A stretch of 64,000 bases of DNA, from assembly GCF_009914755.1 (NCBI RefSeq), contig NC_060926.1; one strand, 5' to 3'. Shown in pieces: positions 53,074 to 64,000 of the stretch. Position 1 is the stretch's first letter. Each line of letters opens with the position of its first letter. Source of the DNA: the human T2T-CHM13v2.0 reference genome, Homo sapiens. The position numbers were made by a program, and so were the translations under genes. The notes below the pieces were generated by a model. It had not been told where the DNA came from. It made no database searches and saw only the letters and a list, made by a program, of their open reading frames with translations.

Positions 53074-53515
53074 AAGAGATCTATGTTATTTCTGTCTTCA
53101 TAATACAATGAAAAGGAAGAATAGAGACTTGGGCCCTTGCATCCACTTTCCCAGCATTGGCCAGTTGGACTAGCCATTGACACAGCTGTGTGCTCAGCAC
53201 TGTTTGATCTCCCAGATTCAAATAATGCTTATAGGTTGAGGTCTTCCAAATCCTGATCCTCAAAGTGGATGATCCTTCTGAGTTTCATCGACTTGATGGA
53301 ACTCTCCACTGGATACATTTTCTTGACCATCCCAAGGCACCATATTTATTGAATCTGCTTCTTTGTCTCTCCGTATCTCTCTTTCTCTCTCCATCTCTCT
53401 CTCTCTTCCTTGTCACTACTCCCTGTGGGCTGAAAACATCAAATTTTTTTTTTTCATGGATTACCTACAGTCTCTTACCAAGTTTTTTTTTTTTTTAAGA
53501 ATTACCATTCTTTTT

Positions 53516-53826
53516 AAGGGTAGCAGGAAGTGGGGGATAAAGAAGGATCAATTAGTGAATATAAGAATATAGTTGTAGGAATAATATCTAGTGTTTGGTA
53601 GTGCAATAAGGCAACTATAGTTAATAATAATTTATTGTATGTTTCAAAATAACTAGAGGAGTACATTTGAAATGGTCCCAACACAAACAAATGATAAATG
53701 TTTGAGATGATGGATATCCCAGTTACCCTGATTCAAACATTACACATTGCATACTTATAACAAAATATTGCCTGTACCCCATGAATATATACAACCATTA
53801 TGCATTCATAAAATTAAAATAAAAAA
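53516..53826 (+). mobile_element. L1MA-type 3' end
   Basis: actatagttaataataatttattgtatgtttcaaaataactag...aaatgataaatgtttgagatgatggatatccc...aattaaaataaaaaa. Confidence 0.85.
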
Positions 53827-56800
53827 GATTCTGATGCCCACATCTTCTCTCCTTTCTCACTCTCACTGTGCCGCTCATTATCTTTTCCTGGTCTACTGTA
53901 TAAGCCATAGCTTCTGACCAGGCCTGCCTCTCTCAAATCCCCATTTCTTATATCAAACCTTTACGGATGCTGTCAGGGCAGTTGTATAGAAACACAAAGT
54001 TCTAATTCTGTATTTGAAATATCCAGTGGTTCCTTGCTTTATAAATGTCAAAGTCTAACTCATCAACCCATACATATCATTTATCTTTAAACTATCTTTC
54101 CATATTTATTTTGTACCACTACCCCTAGTTCCATCAAGGCAATGCTGTCATGCTTTACTGTCTGTATAATTACTCACACGTGTGTCCCCTCCAGAGTGGG
54201 GGTGGTGTCACTCATCTCAGTATCTTCTTTATATTCAGTAAGAGTACTTCATGGACACTCAGCAAATATTAAAACAGCCACTAAATTCTCCCTGTGGTTT
54301 GCATTTTTGCTGTCTTCCCAGAGCAGCTTATAGCAACGGCAACTACCAAGTAGGCAACAAGACCCAGCTGCTACACTTGCCAGAGCCTCTGTGCATCTTG
54401 GCCACCTCCGGCCATTTTAAAGCTTCTCCCTCTGATTGCTCTGGGGCAAAGCTGCTCCCAGTGTGACCAGAACTACCAATTAAAATCAAGTCAGAACCTT
54501 CTAGTTTTTAGCAACAACTGCCAAGAAATGGCTTTCAGGCAACCATATCCTCTATCCCACTGTTCTTTTGAGTCAGCTCTCTTGAAATTTTCCTTTTCTA
54601 ATACTCTGCTTTTCAAATAATTACCTGGTGCGGTTTTCTCAATATCAGATGAATAAACCATAGCCAAAGGCTAAGGTCAGGTGTGTCCAGATGTGGTGAG
54701 GAGGAAGGTACCTCGACTCAAAGTCTTTTGTCCATAAATCTCACCATCTCCTACTTGTTCTTAGACACAGGAACAATTCTAAGATGCAAGGACAGCTTAT
54801 TCTTTCTAAAACTATTTTCTTATTGAATTAACTCATTGGGCCTCAGCTTTGCAGGGGTCATGAACAACTTTAAGTCGTATCAACTCTTTGACAATTTCAC
54901 AATATGAAACTGTAATAATTAGTTTCCGTTTTTTCCTGTTACAGTTTTTAAAAACCCTCTAATGTCTATGTTATACGTACTTTATAAAGCATCCTTGAGT
55001 TAATGATGCTTACAAGGAGTGCCCTAACGTTTGCATTATTAGTCACCCATCTTCAAAATATATTATGTCTTTGGCAGATTTTTGTGTCGTTTTTAGATGG
55101 TTCTGTGAATATGCAAATTATGTCATCTGTGACATAGGTTTATATGACAATCTCTGACCACAGGACCTTATAACAAAGTACCATAGAAATAGCGTGTGAT
55201 GTGGAGAGCAAGTGGCTGTGGAAGAACAGGGGTCCCTCATTGTCCCAGGTAGGGCAGGTGTATATATCAATTATGCTTTCGTATTCTCTGTGCCTGAGAA
55301 AAAAATCAACAGTGGAGCAGCAAAGGTTAGAACAGAGGACAGAATGACATCACCAAGACAAAGTGCCCTAGGCCAGCAGAATGCTTGTCAGCTTCCCCCA
55401 GCATCGCTCATGGGCTTCTTGTAGTTTACACTAAGAAACGTGTAGAAAAGGTCATTAAAACAAAACATCATCACAACAGCCAAAAATTCTCCCACAAGGA
55501 AATCTGAGACTGAAATACAGGCTATAAATCTTGGGCTTTGGAGATCAGGATCTCCGTGCTGCCCCACATTTCTCTTCTCTTTGAAATGCTTAAAAATATT
55601 GAGCCTCACTGCTGTGTAACAATGCACTTAGGGTCACACAGGTGTTCTGGGTACTCTGTCTCCACCATGTCCTCCATCAAAGGATCTGAGTCAGGATTTG
55701 CCCATTTGCTGGACAAGAGCAAAGGTTCAAGGTTTTAATGACAGACTACAGCTCTGCAAATACTCCTTCCACTTGAAGCTCACCCTGTGCCCTAACCACC
55801 CCCCCTCCACACACACACCTCTTTTCCCAGTGTTTGGAGGAGCTTAAGGAGATGGACCCTAATCTTCTATTGGTGAAAACCAAAGGCATCTGAGTCTTTG
55901 GGGACATGCTTGTCACTCTGTGATGTTTCTCATATGTTCTGTTAGTCAGATCGACTTCTTTAAATTCCCCATCTAAGTCAGTCCTAGAAGCTTAGACTTG
56001 GCCTGAAACCATGATTCAAGTTTTGCTGGATTGATACTTACAGAACTATAAACCCCTTCTCAAAGAGAAAAAGTGATGAAAAATACAGGCCAAAGGAGTT
56101 TTCAAGGGTTCCCTCACAGCAGAATCTGATTTTAAGCTGGATTCTTAGCATTTCATGGACCCAAATCCAATGTACTTGGTCTCATCCCTTTGCAGAGCCC
56201 CAGAGTAAAGAAAAGTATCATGGAGGCCTTGTTAAGCTGTTGGGAACCAAGAGAAAACACTTTGGGTTTTGCTCAGTCCGTGGATTAGGAGCATGCAGCG
56301 CTGAGCCTGCTGGGTTGATAGTAAAATCAAGCCTGGGTGGCCCTTTTGTGAGGCTCTTCTCAGGGGCAACTATTGAATTCTCTCTCTGCCCGACCCCTTG
56401 TGCTTCTTGCTAGGGGGTTGTCTCCAGAGCACAAGTGGGAAGGTGGCCATATTTTTCTGGCAGCTTAGTGATTCTTCTACAATGCAGCTGGGGGCCCTTT
56501 GGGTGAAAGGCAGTAAACAAATCACCTGGTGATGAATGCTGCCCTTCTGACTGGCTGGAACCTTCTTTCCTGCAAAGCTGCCTACAGCCTTTAGGGAAGG
56601 CAATGAATGGGGCCTGCACAGGAAGCATGAATAATCCCAGTCTATTTACTTACAAATGTGTAAAGGTCTCACGCAGCTCAGGATGGTTTTGAATAAATAT
56701 GCTGCTCTCTCAAGATCAGCAGCCCTGTAGATCTGGAGACAGAGGCTTGCTGCTCCCCAGTGCTCAGCTCATACATAAATAAAAGACGCTCGTTGGTTCA

Positions 56801-57390
56801 GCTGCCAAATGTGACATGGTGATGAATTTCCAAGGGTGTCACTCAGGAAAGTGACAATTGCAATGCTGATGGGCCTGGGAAGGCAGACTACAGCTAAAGT
56901 ATCTATGTTCATGGGTCTAGTGCTAGTGTCCCTTGTGGGATGGTGACCTAAAATTCTGGTCACCAGGACAGCCTGGCTTGCTCATGTATCTCACCTAGCA
57001 CACAGTGTAAAACAAGGTGAAGAGGCTAAAAAGACCTCGTGCACTAGACACAAGGAGAAAGAATGAGAGTGAAGACTCCATCTTAAGACTTAGGCAACAA
57101 TGAGATAGTGTCTATGAGGCCATCTTTTCTTGCCAGCAATTCTGTCCCATCCCATCCCTCTTCTATTTGGAGGATTCTCAGAGAGTTTTTCTAGTGGACA
57201 TGGTGTGGCAATCCTTGCCTACAATTTTTCAGTGCCCCCTGTATACTTACAGGATAAGATCCCAATTTAGGAGCACGGCCAAAAAGTTCTTCACAATCAT
57301 GTTGTCTCCCTCATGGCCCCATCTCCCACCATTCTCTGCACTTCTGCCATGATGAATCTCTTCTTATCTGGGTACATCTTGCACCTGCTG

Positions 57391-58211
57391 TGTATTAGTC
57401 AAGGTTCTCCAGACAAATAGAACCAAAGGGATATACAATAGACCCTTAAACAACACAGGGTTGAACTGCACAGGTCTAGTTCTATTCAGATTTTCTCCTA
57501 CCTCTGCCACCCTTGAGACAGCAAGACCAACTCCTCCTCTTCCTCCTAGCCTACTCAATGTGAAGGTGATCAGGATGAAGACTCTTATGATGACCTACTT
57601 CCACTTAATGAGTAGCGAGTATACTTTCTCTTATTTTCTTAGTAACATTTTCTTTTCTGTAACTTAATTTATTGTAAGAAGCAGTATATAATACATACAA
57701 CACACAAAATGTGTGTCAATTGTGTTATCAGTAAGGGTTCTGGTCAACAATAGGCTATTAGTTATTAAGTTTTGATAGAGTCAAAAGTTATACATGAATT
57801 ATTGACTGTACAAGGGATTGGTCGCCCTCACCCCAAGGCTGTTCAAGGGTCGACTATATATTAATAGATTTATTTTAAGGAATTGACTCACATGGTTGCA
57901 GGGGCTGGCAAGTCTGAAATCTGTAGAGAAGGACATTGGGCTGGGAATTCAAACAGGATTTCTATGTTATAGTCTTGAAGCTAAATTCCTTTTTCTCCAG
58001 GAAAGGTCAATTTTTGCCCTTAACGGCCTTGAACTGATTGGATGAGGCTCACCCATAGTAAAGAAAGTAATCTTCTTTATTTAAAGCCAACTCTTTATAG
58101 ATATTAATAACATCTGCAAAATATCTTTACAGCAACATCTAGACCAGTGTTTGACCAAACATCTAGGCACCACAGCCTAACCAATTTGACACATACAATT
58201 TAGTCATCACA
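57391..58211 (-). mobile_element. MLT2 (C/D-like) ERVL solo LTR interrupted by Tigger2a
   Basis: tgtattagtcaaggttctccagacaaatagaacc | ... | aaggaattgactcac...ttgacacatacaatttagtcatcaca; TSD tgctg/tggtg. Confidence 0.85.
57436..57856 (+). mobile_element. Tigger2a (MER28) DNA transposon
   Basis: TIRs caatagacccttaaacaac...gctgttcaagggtcgacta with TA target; internal ctctgccacccttgagacagcaagaccaac. Confidence 0.85.
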
Positions 58212-58259
58212 TGGTGTCTATCTCCTCCTTCATACTATTCTCATTGTCTAGAACTGCAC

Positions 58260-58620
58260 TACCACCTCACAGAATGCACACTCTTCTGCCTGTTGAATGC
58301 TTATTCATTTTGCAAGACTCAATTCAATCATCTCTTCCTTAGCAAAGCTTGCTCCTCACAAAAGAAGAGCCTGACACTCACTCCTCCCTGTTCCCATATG
58401 TCCTTTGTTCTTTCATCATAGCACTTAGTGTATTTTATAGCAGTAGCTAACTTATTAAGTTGGTCTCTAAGCTAGATTACTAGCTCCCTGAAGGCAGGCA
58501 TTTTATCTTATTCATCTATGCATTTTCTACTCTCAGCCCAGGACCTGGACCTACTACATGTACTATACCCACTACACCTACTACAGTAGGTGGTCAATAA
58601 ATATGGGATGAACAAAGGAT
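58260..58620 (+). mobile_element. L2 3' portion
   Basis: catagcacttag...ctagattactagctccctgaaggcagg...ttattcatctatg...gtaggtggtcaataaatat. Confidence 0.7.
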
Positions 58621-59106
58621 TTATCATTACAATCCACAAATAAAACCTCCCATTTGGCTAAGTTGTAATGTAAACAATCTGTTCATTGATTTGGCTTTGA
58701 CTTTCATCATGAACAATGTATAACCCAATGCATCTCTGAACTATCTAGAAGATATTAGCCACTCAGTCTGCATAAATTTGGCGTTAGTTTGTATTCAGGC
58801 CCTAGGCTGCTCCCTCTGGTTCGCTCCCAGTTCTGCAGGGAGGAGGTCTCTCAAATCTTCCAAAGTGCTCCCTCTCACTCACCCCACTGGAGGGCGACTG
58901 TCAAAGCACATGCACCTATTGTAGCCTCTAATGTCTAAAAAGGCACTTTTCTTTTCCTTGAACATGATCTCTGCTAGAGGGAAGAAATTTTCCAAGTACT
59001 TCAGGCCCAAGCAATTATAGAAACAGAAAGAGAGACAGAGAGAGAGATATGATTTGGAAAAGACCTGTTCTGATTGGGCATTTTTCTGGTTAATTGGCTA
59101 ACACCT

Positions 59107-59475
59107 TGATATGGTTTGGCTCTGTGTCCCCACCCAAATCTCATCTTTAATTGTAATAATCCCCATGTGTCAAGGGTGGGACCAGATGGAGAAAATTGAA
59201 CTGTGGGAGTGGTTTCCACCATGCTGTTTTCGTGATAATGAGTGAGTTCTCATGAGATCTGACAGTTGTATAAGAGACTTTTCCTCCTATGCTCAGCACT
59301 TCTCTCTCCTGCTGCCATGCAATGAAGGACATGTTTGCTTCCCCTTTGTCCATGATTGTAAGTTTTCTGAGGCCTTCCCAGCCATGCAGAACTGTGAGTC
59401 AATTAAATCTCTTTCCTTTATAAACTACCCAGTCTTGGGCAGTTCTTTATAGCAGCTTAAGAACAGACTAATTCA
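59107..59475 (+). mobile_element. THE1C/D-type MaLR solo LTR
   Basis: tgatatggtttggctctgtgtccccacccaaatctcatc...gtgtcaagggtgggaccag...gaacagactaattca; TSD cacct/caact. Confidence 0.92.
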
Positions 59476-62400
59476 CAACTCAGCAAGTCCCCTTGCTTAT
59501 CTACTCAGAACCTTGCCCCATCACAGTTTTTAACACTGATGAATCCACAGATGTTGAGTCTTCTGTTGTTAACTCAACATCACCACTTTCTTCTTCCAGA
59601 GGAGAAGCTGTGAGCCACATTGCACAGCCTTCTCTTGCTCCTAAGGTTTGGGGGTAAGAGTCAGCCAAGGAGTGACATTCACATGACATTTGGAAGGCAG
59701 GAGAGGAGAGACCAATACCCCACAGACACAGTAGTGGACTGTTGCATGAGTTTCTCTGCAAGTCTCTAATTCCCAAATTAATGCCTTTATACTATAAACT
59801 GTTTCCTCAGGATACCCTGTCATCTTATTGTTTATGGTAGATCTTGATGAATCATTTGGTTTCTTAGAAGCTGGATGATAGAAAAGGCCCTGGACTAAGA
59901 TTCAGGGATTCCAGGGATATGACAATCATGGCAACTCACTTCCTCAGTTTCTCATCAGTAAAGGATAAGTTGAACTAGTTACTTTTAAATTAAAAAATAA
60001 AACACAAATCCTTCTAAATGATATAAAACATGACATCTTAGATGTATTGCAGGTCTACTAAACTCTACTGGAGATATTGTGAGAGCCATTCAGTACAGAG
60101 GCAAAACTTGCTTCTCAAGACTCTGGAGTCAAATGCATCATAGTGGTAGACTGGCAGGGGTTAATACTGAAAACTGGAGGATCAGATGGACAGGGCCTCC
60201 AGGACATAGCATTCATCTGGGTGAACATTAGGAGTGTCCTTTCAGTGCCCAGTGCAGTGTCCTGTAGGTGGTCTATTTGCTGAAAACACAAATAGAAAAA
60301 AGCAGTGATTCTTGCTCAATGATACCCTATCCTTCAGACTTGTAAATGAGGGTGTCCCAGGCAGTGGGGGTGGTGAGTAAAATCAGAGTTTTCTGTGCAT
60401 AGCAACCACTGGAGTCTTTATCAACTGCTACTCTATGTCCCTGGAAAAACCCATTCCCAAGATAATCTTTGAAGCCTGTCCTGGCCCAGTAATAGCATGT
60501 GGATTTTAGAACAAAACCACAAGAGATGGGTGGAAGGTCAGAAACCTTCAGAACAAGTACATGATGTGGAGCTCAGCATGGGTGTCCAAGCCTTCTTGGT
60601 GGAATATCTTTGAGGATACATCTTCTACTTTGCTCAGGGCTGGCCAAAATGTCTTAAAACCCAGCCGGGACTAATTGCCTTGTTGTTGGTGGTGGTAAGG
60701 GGCTTCTTTTAGGTTTTCTTACTGATCTTGTCTGAAAACCAACCAACATATACACTTCACCCCCCTAAAAATACCCCACAAACCTCTGATGAAAATACCA
60801 GAATTTAATTTAAATGATATCACGATACTCTTTTCCAGGAACTATGATGGCAGATGCTTAATAAGTGGAGACAATTATTATTAAGTTATTTTTCCTTGCA
60901 AAGGTGGCTAATGGAATAGCCTATTATATTTGAACAAAGATGCAATTACTCAGCTCACTTGACAAAATACCTAAAAATTCTCTTTGATTATACAATTTTA
61001 AAGAGAAAGAATCTATCAGCGACTAGTTTGCAAGAGCCCTCTGGGCAGTGGGCATTCTGATTCTTTGTCTCCTTACAGCTCAAAGCTCCATTTTAGACAC
61101 TAGGTGTTCAATGAATATTTGTGGTTGGCATGTTCTAAATGGGTTGCCAAAAATCTCCCAGAGATATTCTTCAATATCCTTTTTTCCTATCCACTAGAGA
61201 GTCATTTCACCCCAAGGCATCACAGAGTGTAGAACAGAGCCCCTTTGGAAGGTGTTGATTTTTATGCATAAAGCACAGGATTTATTAAGAAGAGAATGGG
61301 TTCCTCCCTTAGGAGATATCACCCCCTTGAGATAGCCATATGTGAACACGGGAGTATAAGTCAGCAAGCTCCATTAGAAGGACTTCCTTTTCAGTATTCA
61401 GGCTGAGAGCGTCTGTCTGCCTCCTTGTGCCCCTCCAGCGAAGGAATGCTGGTGACATAGAGTTGATTTGAAGAAACCCTTAGATGCATTTGTTTGCATG
61501 TCCTCTTTCTGTGTTTATCCTCTTCTGAAATTCCAACATGTTGCTGTCATGGTGGCAACGGTGAACACTATAGCAGAAAATGCATCTGCACTTCCTTTCA
61601 GACCGACCCTGTTTTCCCCTCAGGTGAAAACTTTCCAAAATTAGACTTTCTTGATATGACATTTCTTGACATGAAACTTAAGTCAGTAAAGAATGAGGTT
61701 TGAACTATGGATTGTTTTTGAGAAATATACATTTTTCAAAATACACTTTTCAACTGTCACTCTTTTTTCTTTTTGTGAACGCACAAACACAATGGTTGAT
61801 TTTTAGTAGTTCTTAATCATTTATTGCAAAACATACAGTTCATTGTAAATATTTAGCCTATGAATTGATTGTGGCACAAGTCTAAATACTGTAGCTGGGA
61901 AATTATTTATCTAAGTTTAAAAAGTGTAAGATTTGATTCCCAAAGATGCCAGTATAAGCAGGTAGATTCTAGTTTAATGAATTCAGGATTACGGGTAAAT
62001 GAACATATGTTTGCATTTCAAAAATTACGTTTGCATTACACAAGAACTATACTTAGTACCAAGCAGTTGAAATCAGCAAATACTTTAATGTGTTATTGAC
62101 CGTAAGCCAGATGACTAACTTTGATAATAGACGTGCAAAGAAAGGAAGATTAACAATGTTATTGCTGTTTCATGATGTTAATATTGGATTTCCTTTGGTT
62201 CTTATTGTGCTAGAGGTATTTCACAAACACAGTGTCACAACAGTCTGGTCACATCTCTTCTCCCCTCTCAATCAGATTATCCTGACTTCCCTACTTTTTG
62301 TCAATTTTATATTGATAAAATATTATCTTAGTTAATCCTTCTCCAAAATATGAAATTGTTGTTAGCCATTATTTCTACTATCCAACCAATAAAGGCTCAA

Positions 62401-62569
62401 GTTCAAATTTTAGCCTTTAGATATTTTAAAACTATTTAAGCTAGAAAACAACTTCTGATGTATAGTAAATATGTTTGAAGGTATTATCCTTTTGCTATAA
62501 TAAATTAAATTAAAAATCCACCCAACTTTCTGATGTGGCAGATAATTTATATGATTATTTTGTTCGTCA

Positions 62570-62740
62570 AAGTAACCTTATAAGATTACCAGTATTACTC
62601 TCCATTTTACAAAAGAGAAGTTTAGGGCAAAGAGAGGTTCAGTAATCTCCCTGAGTTCCCAAAACAAGAGGGTGAAGCTGGGACTTAAACCCAGGTCTGC
62701 CTGACCCCAAGTGTTCTTTGTTTTCTGCAACTCCAGGCTG
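62570..62740 (-). mobile_element. MIR SINE
   Basis: tattactctccattttacaaaagagaag...agagaggttcagtaatctccc...gctgggacttaaacccaggtctgcctgacccc. Confidence 0.75.
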
Positions 62741-63282
62741 TCCAGAGCATCCAGACTTTAGAAAGTAATGAGCATATTCATTTCATTTCGTTATATACAA
62801 GTTTGTAATGATAACTGTCCAGCCCCGAGTATATAGTATTTCAAACAGCTGATGAATCCAGAGGCCATTCTCCTTTGTAGACAGTCTTCTTCTGGGCAGG
62901 AGCATTCTCCTCTTCTCAGGGACCCTATTTCTCCAAAGTTTGGGCAAGCAGAGTCAACTTGAACTCCTCCACCTTCTTTGCTGTGCCTAGCCTTTCCTTC
63001 AATTTAACCTCAGTAGCATTTATGAGCTTAAGAAGGGGAAGCGGGTGGCAGAGTGCTGGCAAAAAGAGAGGAGACTTGGGATGCCTCTGGAAGACATTCT
63101 TGTTTTTAAACAGGCCTACCCATAACTTTTCCCTAACTCAGGACTGCTGTCCCTCAGGAGAGGGATGGGGCTATGTTGGGCTCTGAGAGGTGTAGGGATT
63201 GTTAGAGTCTAAGTGGGGTAGTAGATCACTAAACAGAGGATAACATTGGGCTGTGGTGGTGGGAGCTTTGGTTCCTGGGAAG

Positions 63283-63396
63283 TGGGGGAGCAGGGGTAGG
63301 GCCTGGGATAGGGGTGTGGCTCAGGGCAGGGGTAGAGTCTGGGATGTTGCCTGCGGCAGGGGAAGGGACAAGGACAGGGGTGGGGCTGGGGTGGGG
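63283..63396 (+). repeat. G-rich degenerate repeat ending in a canonical G-quadruplex motif
   Basis: GGGG-T-GGGG-CT-GGGG-T-GGGG at 63377-63396, preceded by ~6/12-nt periodic GGG blocks. Confidence 0.7.
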
Positions 63397-64000
63397 TCAG
63401 AACAAGGGTCTGAGAGGAAGGAAAATACAAAGACTGGAGGTGAGAAGTATGTATGCCTCTCCTTCCCAGTGCTTCCCTGGAGAGACTTTCACCCACCACC
63501 CACTGCAGGGCCCTCCCTACACACACAGCCTCTCCTGCAAATGATACTCCAGATCTTCCCATTTAGGAGCTTCCCTCTATAAACTGCTACCCACCCTCTT
63601 CTTTCACTCTCAGTTACAGGTCAAGCCTCTTTCCTAGGAAGCCATTCTTGTTGGGCTGGGCGATAGCGATCACCTTCTCCCTAAGACACTGGCCTATAAA
63701 CTACAGTTCTGTGTTCATATGGATCCTGTGTTCAGGTCATTTATGCCAAACACAAAGCCCAGGAGAATGGAGGCCTGCCTTCATAATGCATACACAGTAA
63801 TTGATGCGTGGAGTGGTGCAGGGGATCTCTCTCTCTCTCTCTCCTTCCTTGAAAAGGGCTAATACTAGGGAGCTGTAAAATGTCTCTCAAAGACCAGGAC
63901 ACAGAGCTCTAAACCTGGGTTAAACCATGCTTTACTGTGCATAGGAATTGCCCAGTGATCTTGCTAAAATAAAGGTTCTGATCCAATGGGTCTAAGCTGG

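Noticed and set aside
55111-55118. Octamer ATGCAAAT
   Set aside because: Single 8-mer expected by chance; no clear adjacent SOX half-site

Overview
Primate (most likely human) euchromatic, CpG-depleted, intergenic or intronic DNA made mostly of interspersed repeats. I find no supportable intact protein-coding gene, structural RNA gene or CRISPR array. Nearly all listed ORFs are chance frames or read through Alu, LTR, L1 or simple repeats. The one recognisable cellular-gene relic is a minus-strand processed NUTF2 (NTF2) pseudogene (~5319-7600). It is split by a MER50-family ERV1 LTR, which is itself split by an LTR9-family LTR, and both 4-bp TSDs are visible. Other main elements: an MLT2/ERVL proviral remnant with dUTPase/IN on the minus strand abutting an inverted plus-strand RT segment that carries an AluY; a full-length THE1A provirus; a deleted LTR16/ERV3-16A3-type provirus; L1MB, L1MC4-like, L1MA and L1ME fragments; several Alus; solo MaLR LTRs; hAT and Tigger DNA transposons; many MIR, L2 and L3 relics; and a cluster of non-B-DNA-prone simple repeats. 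Subfamily names come from recalled consensus sequences and need RepeatMasker/Dfam confirmation. I did not find a convincing novel biological system. The best leads are a possible LTR-driven read-through ORF from the NUTF2 pseudogene, the ERVL internal inversion and several nested-insertion or micro-duplication histories.
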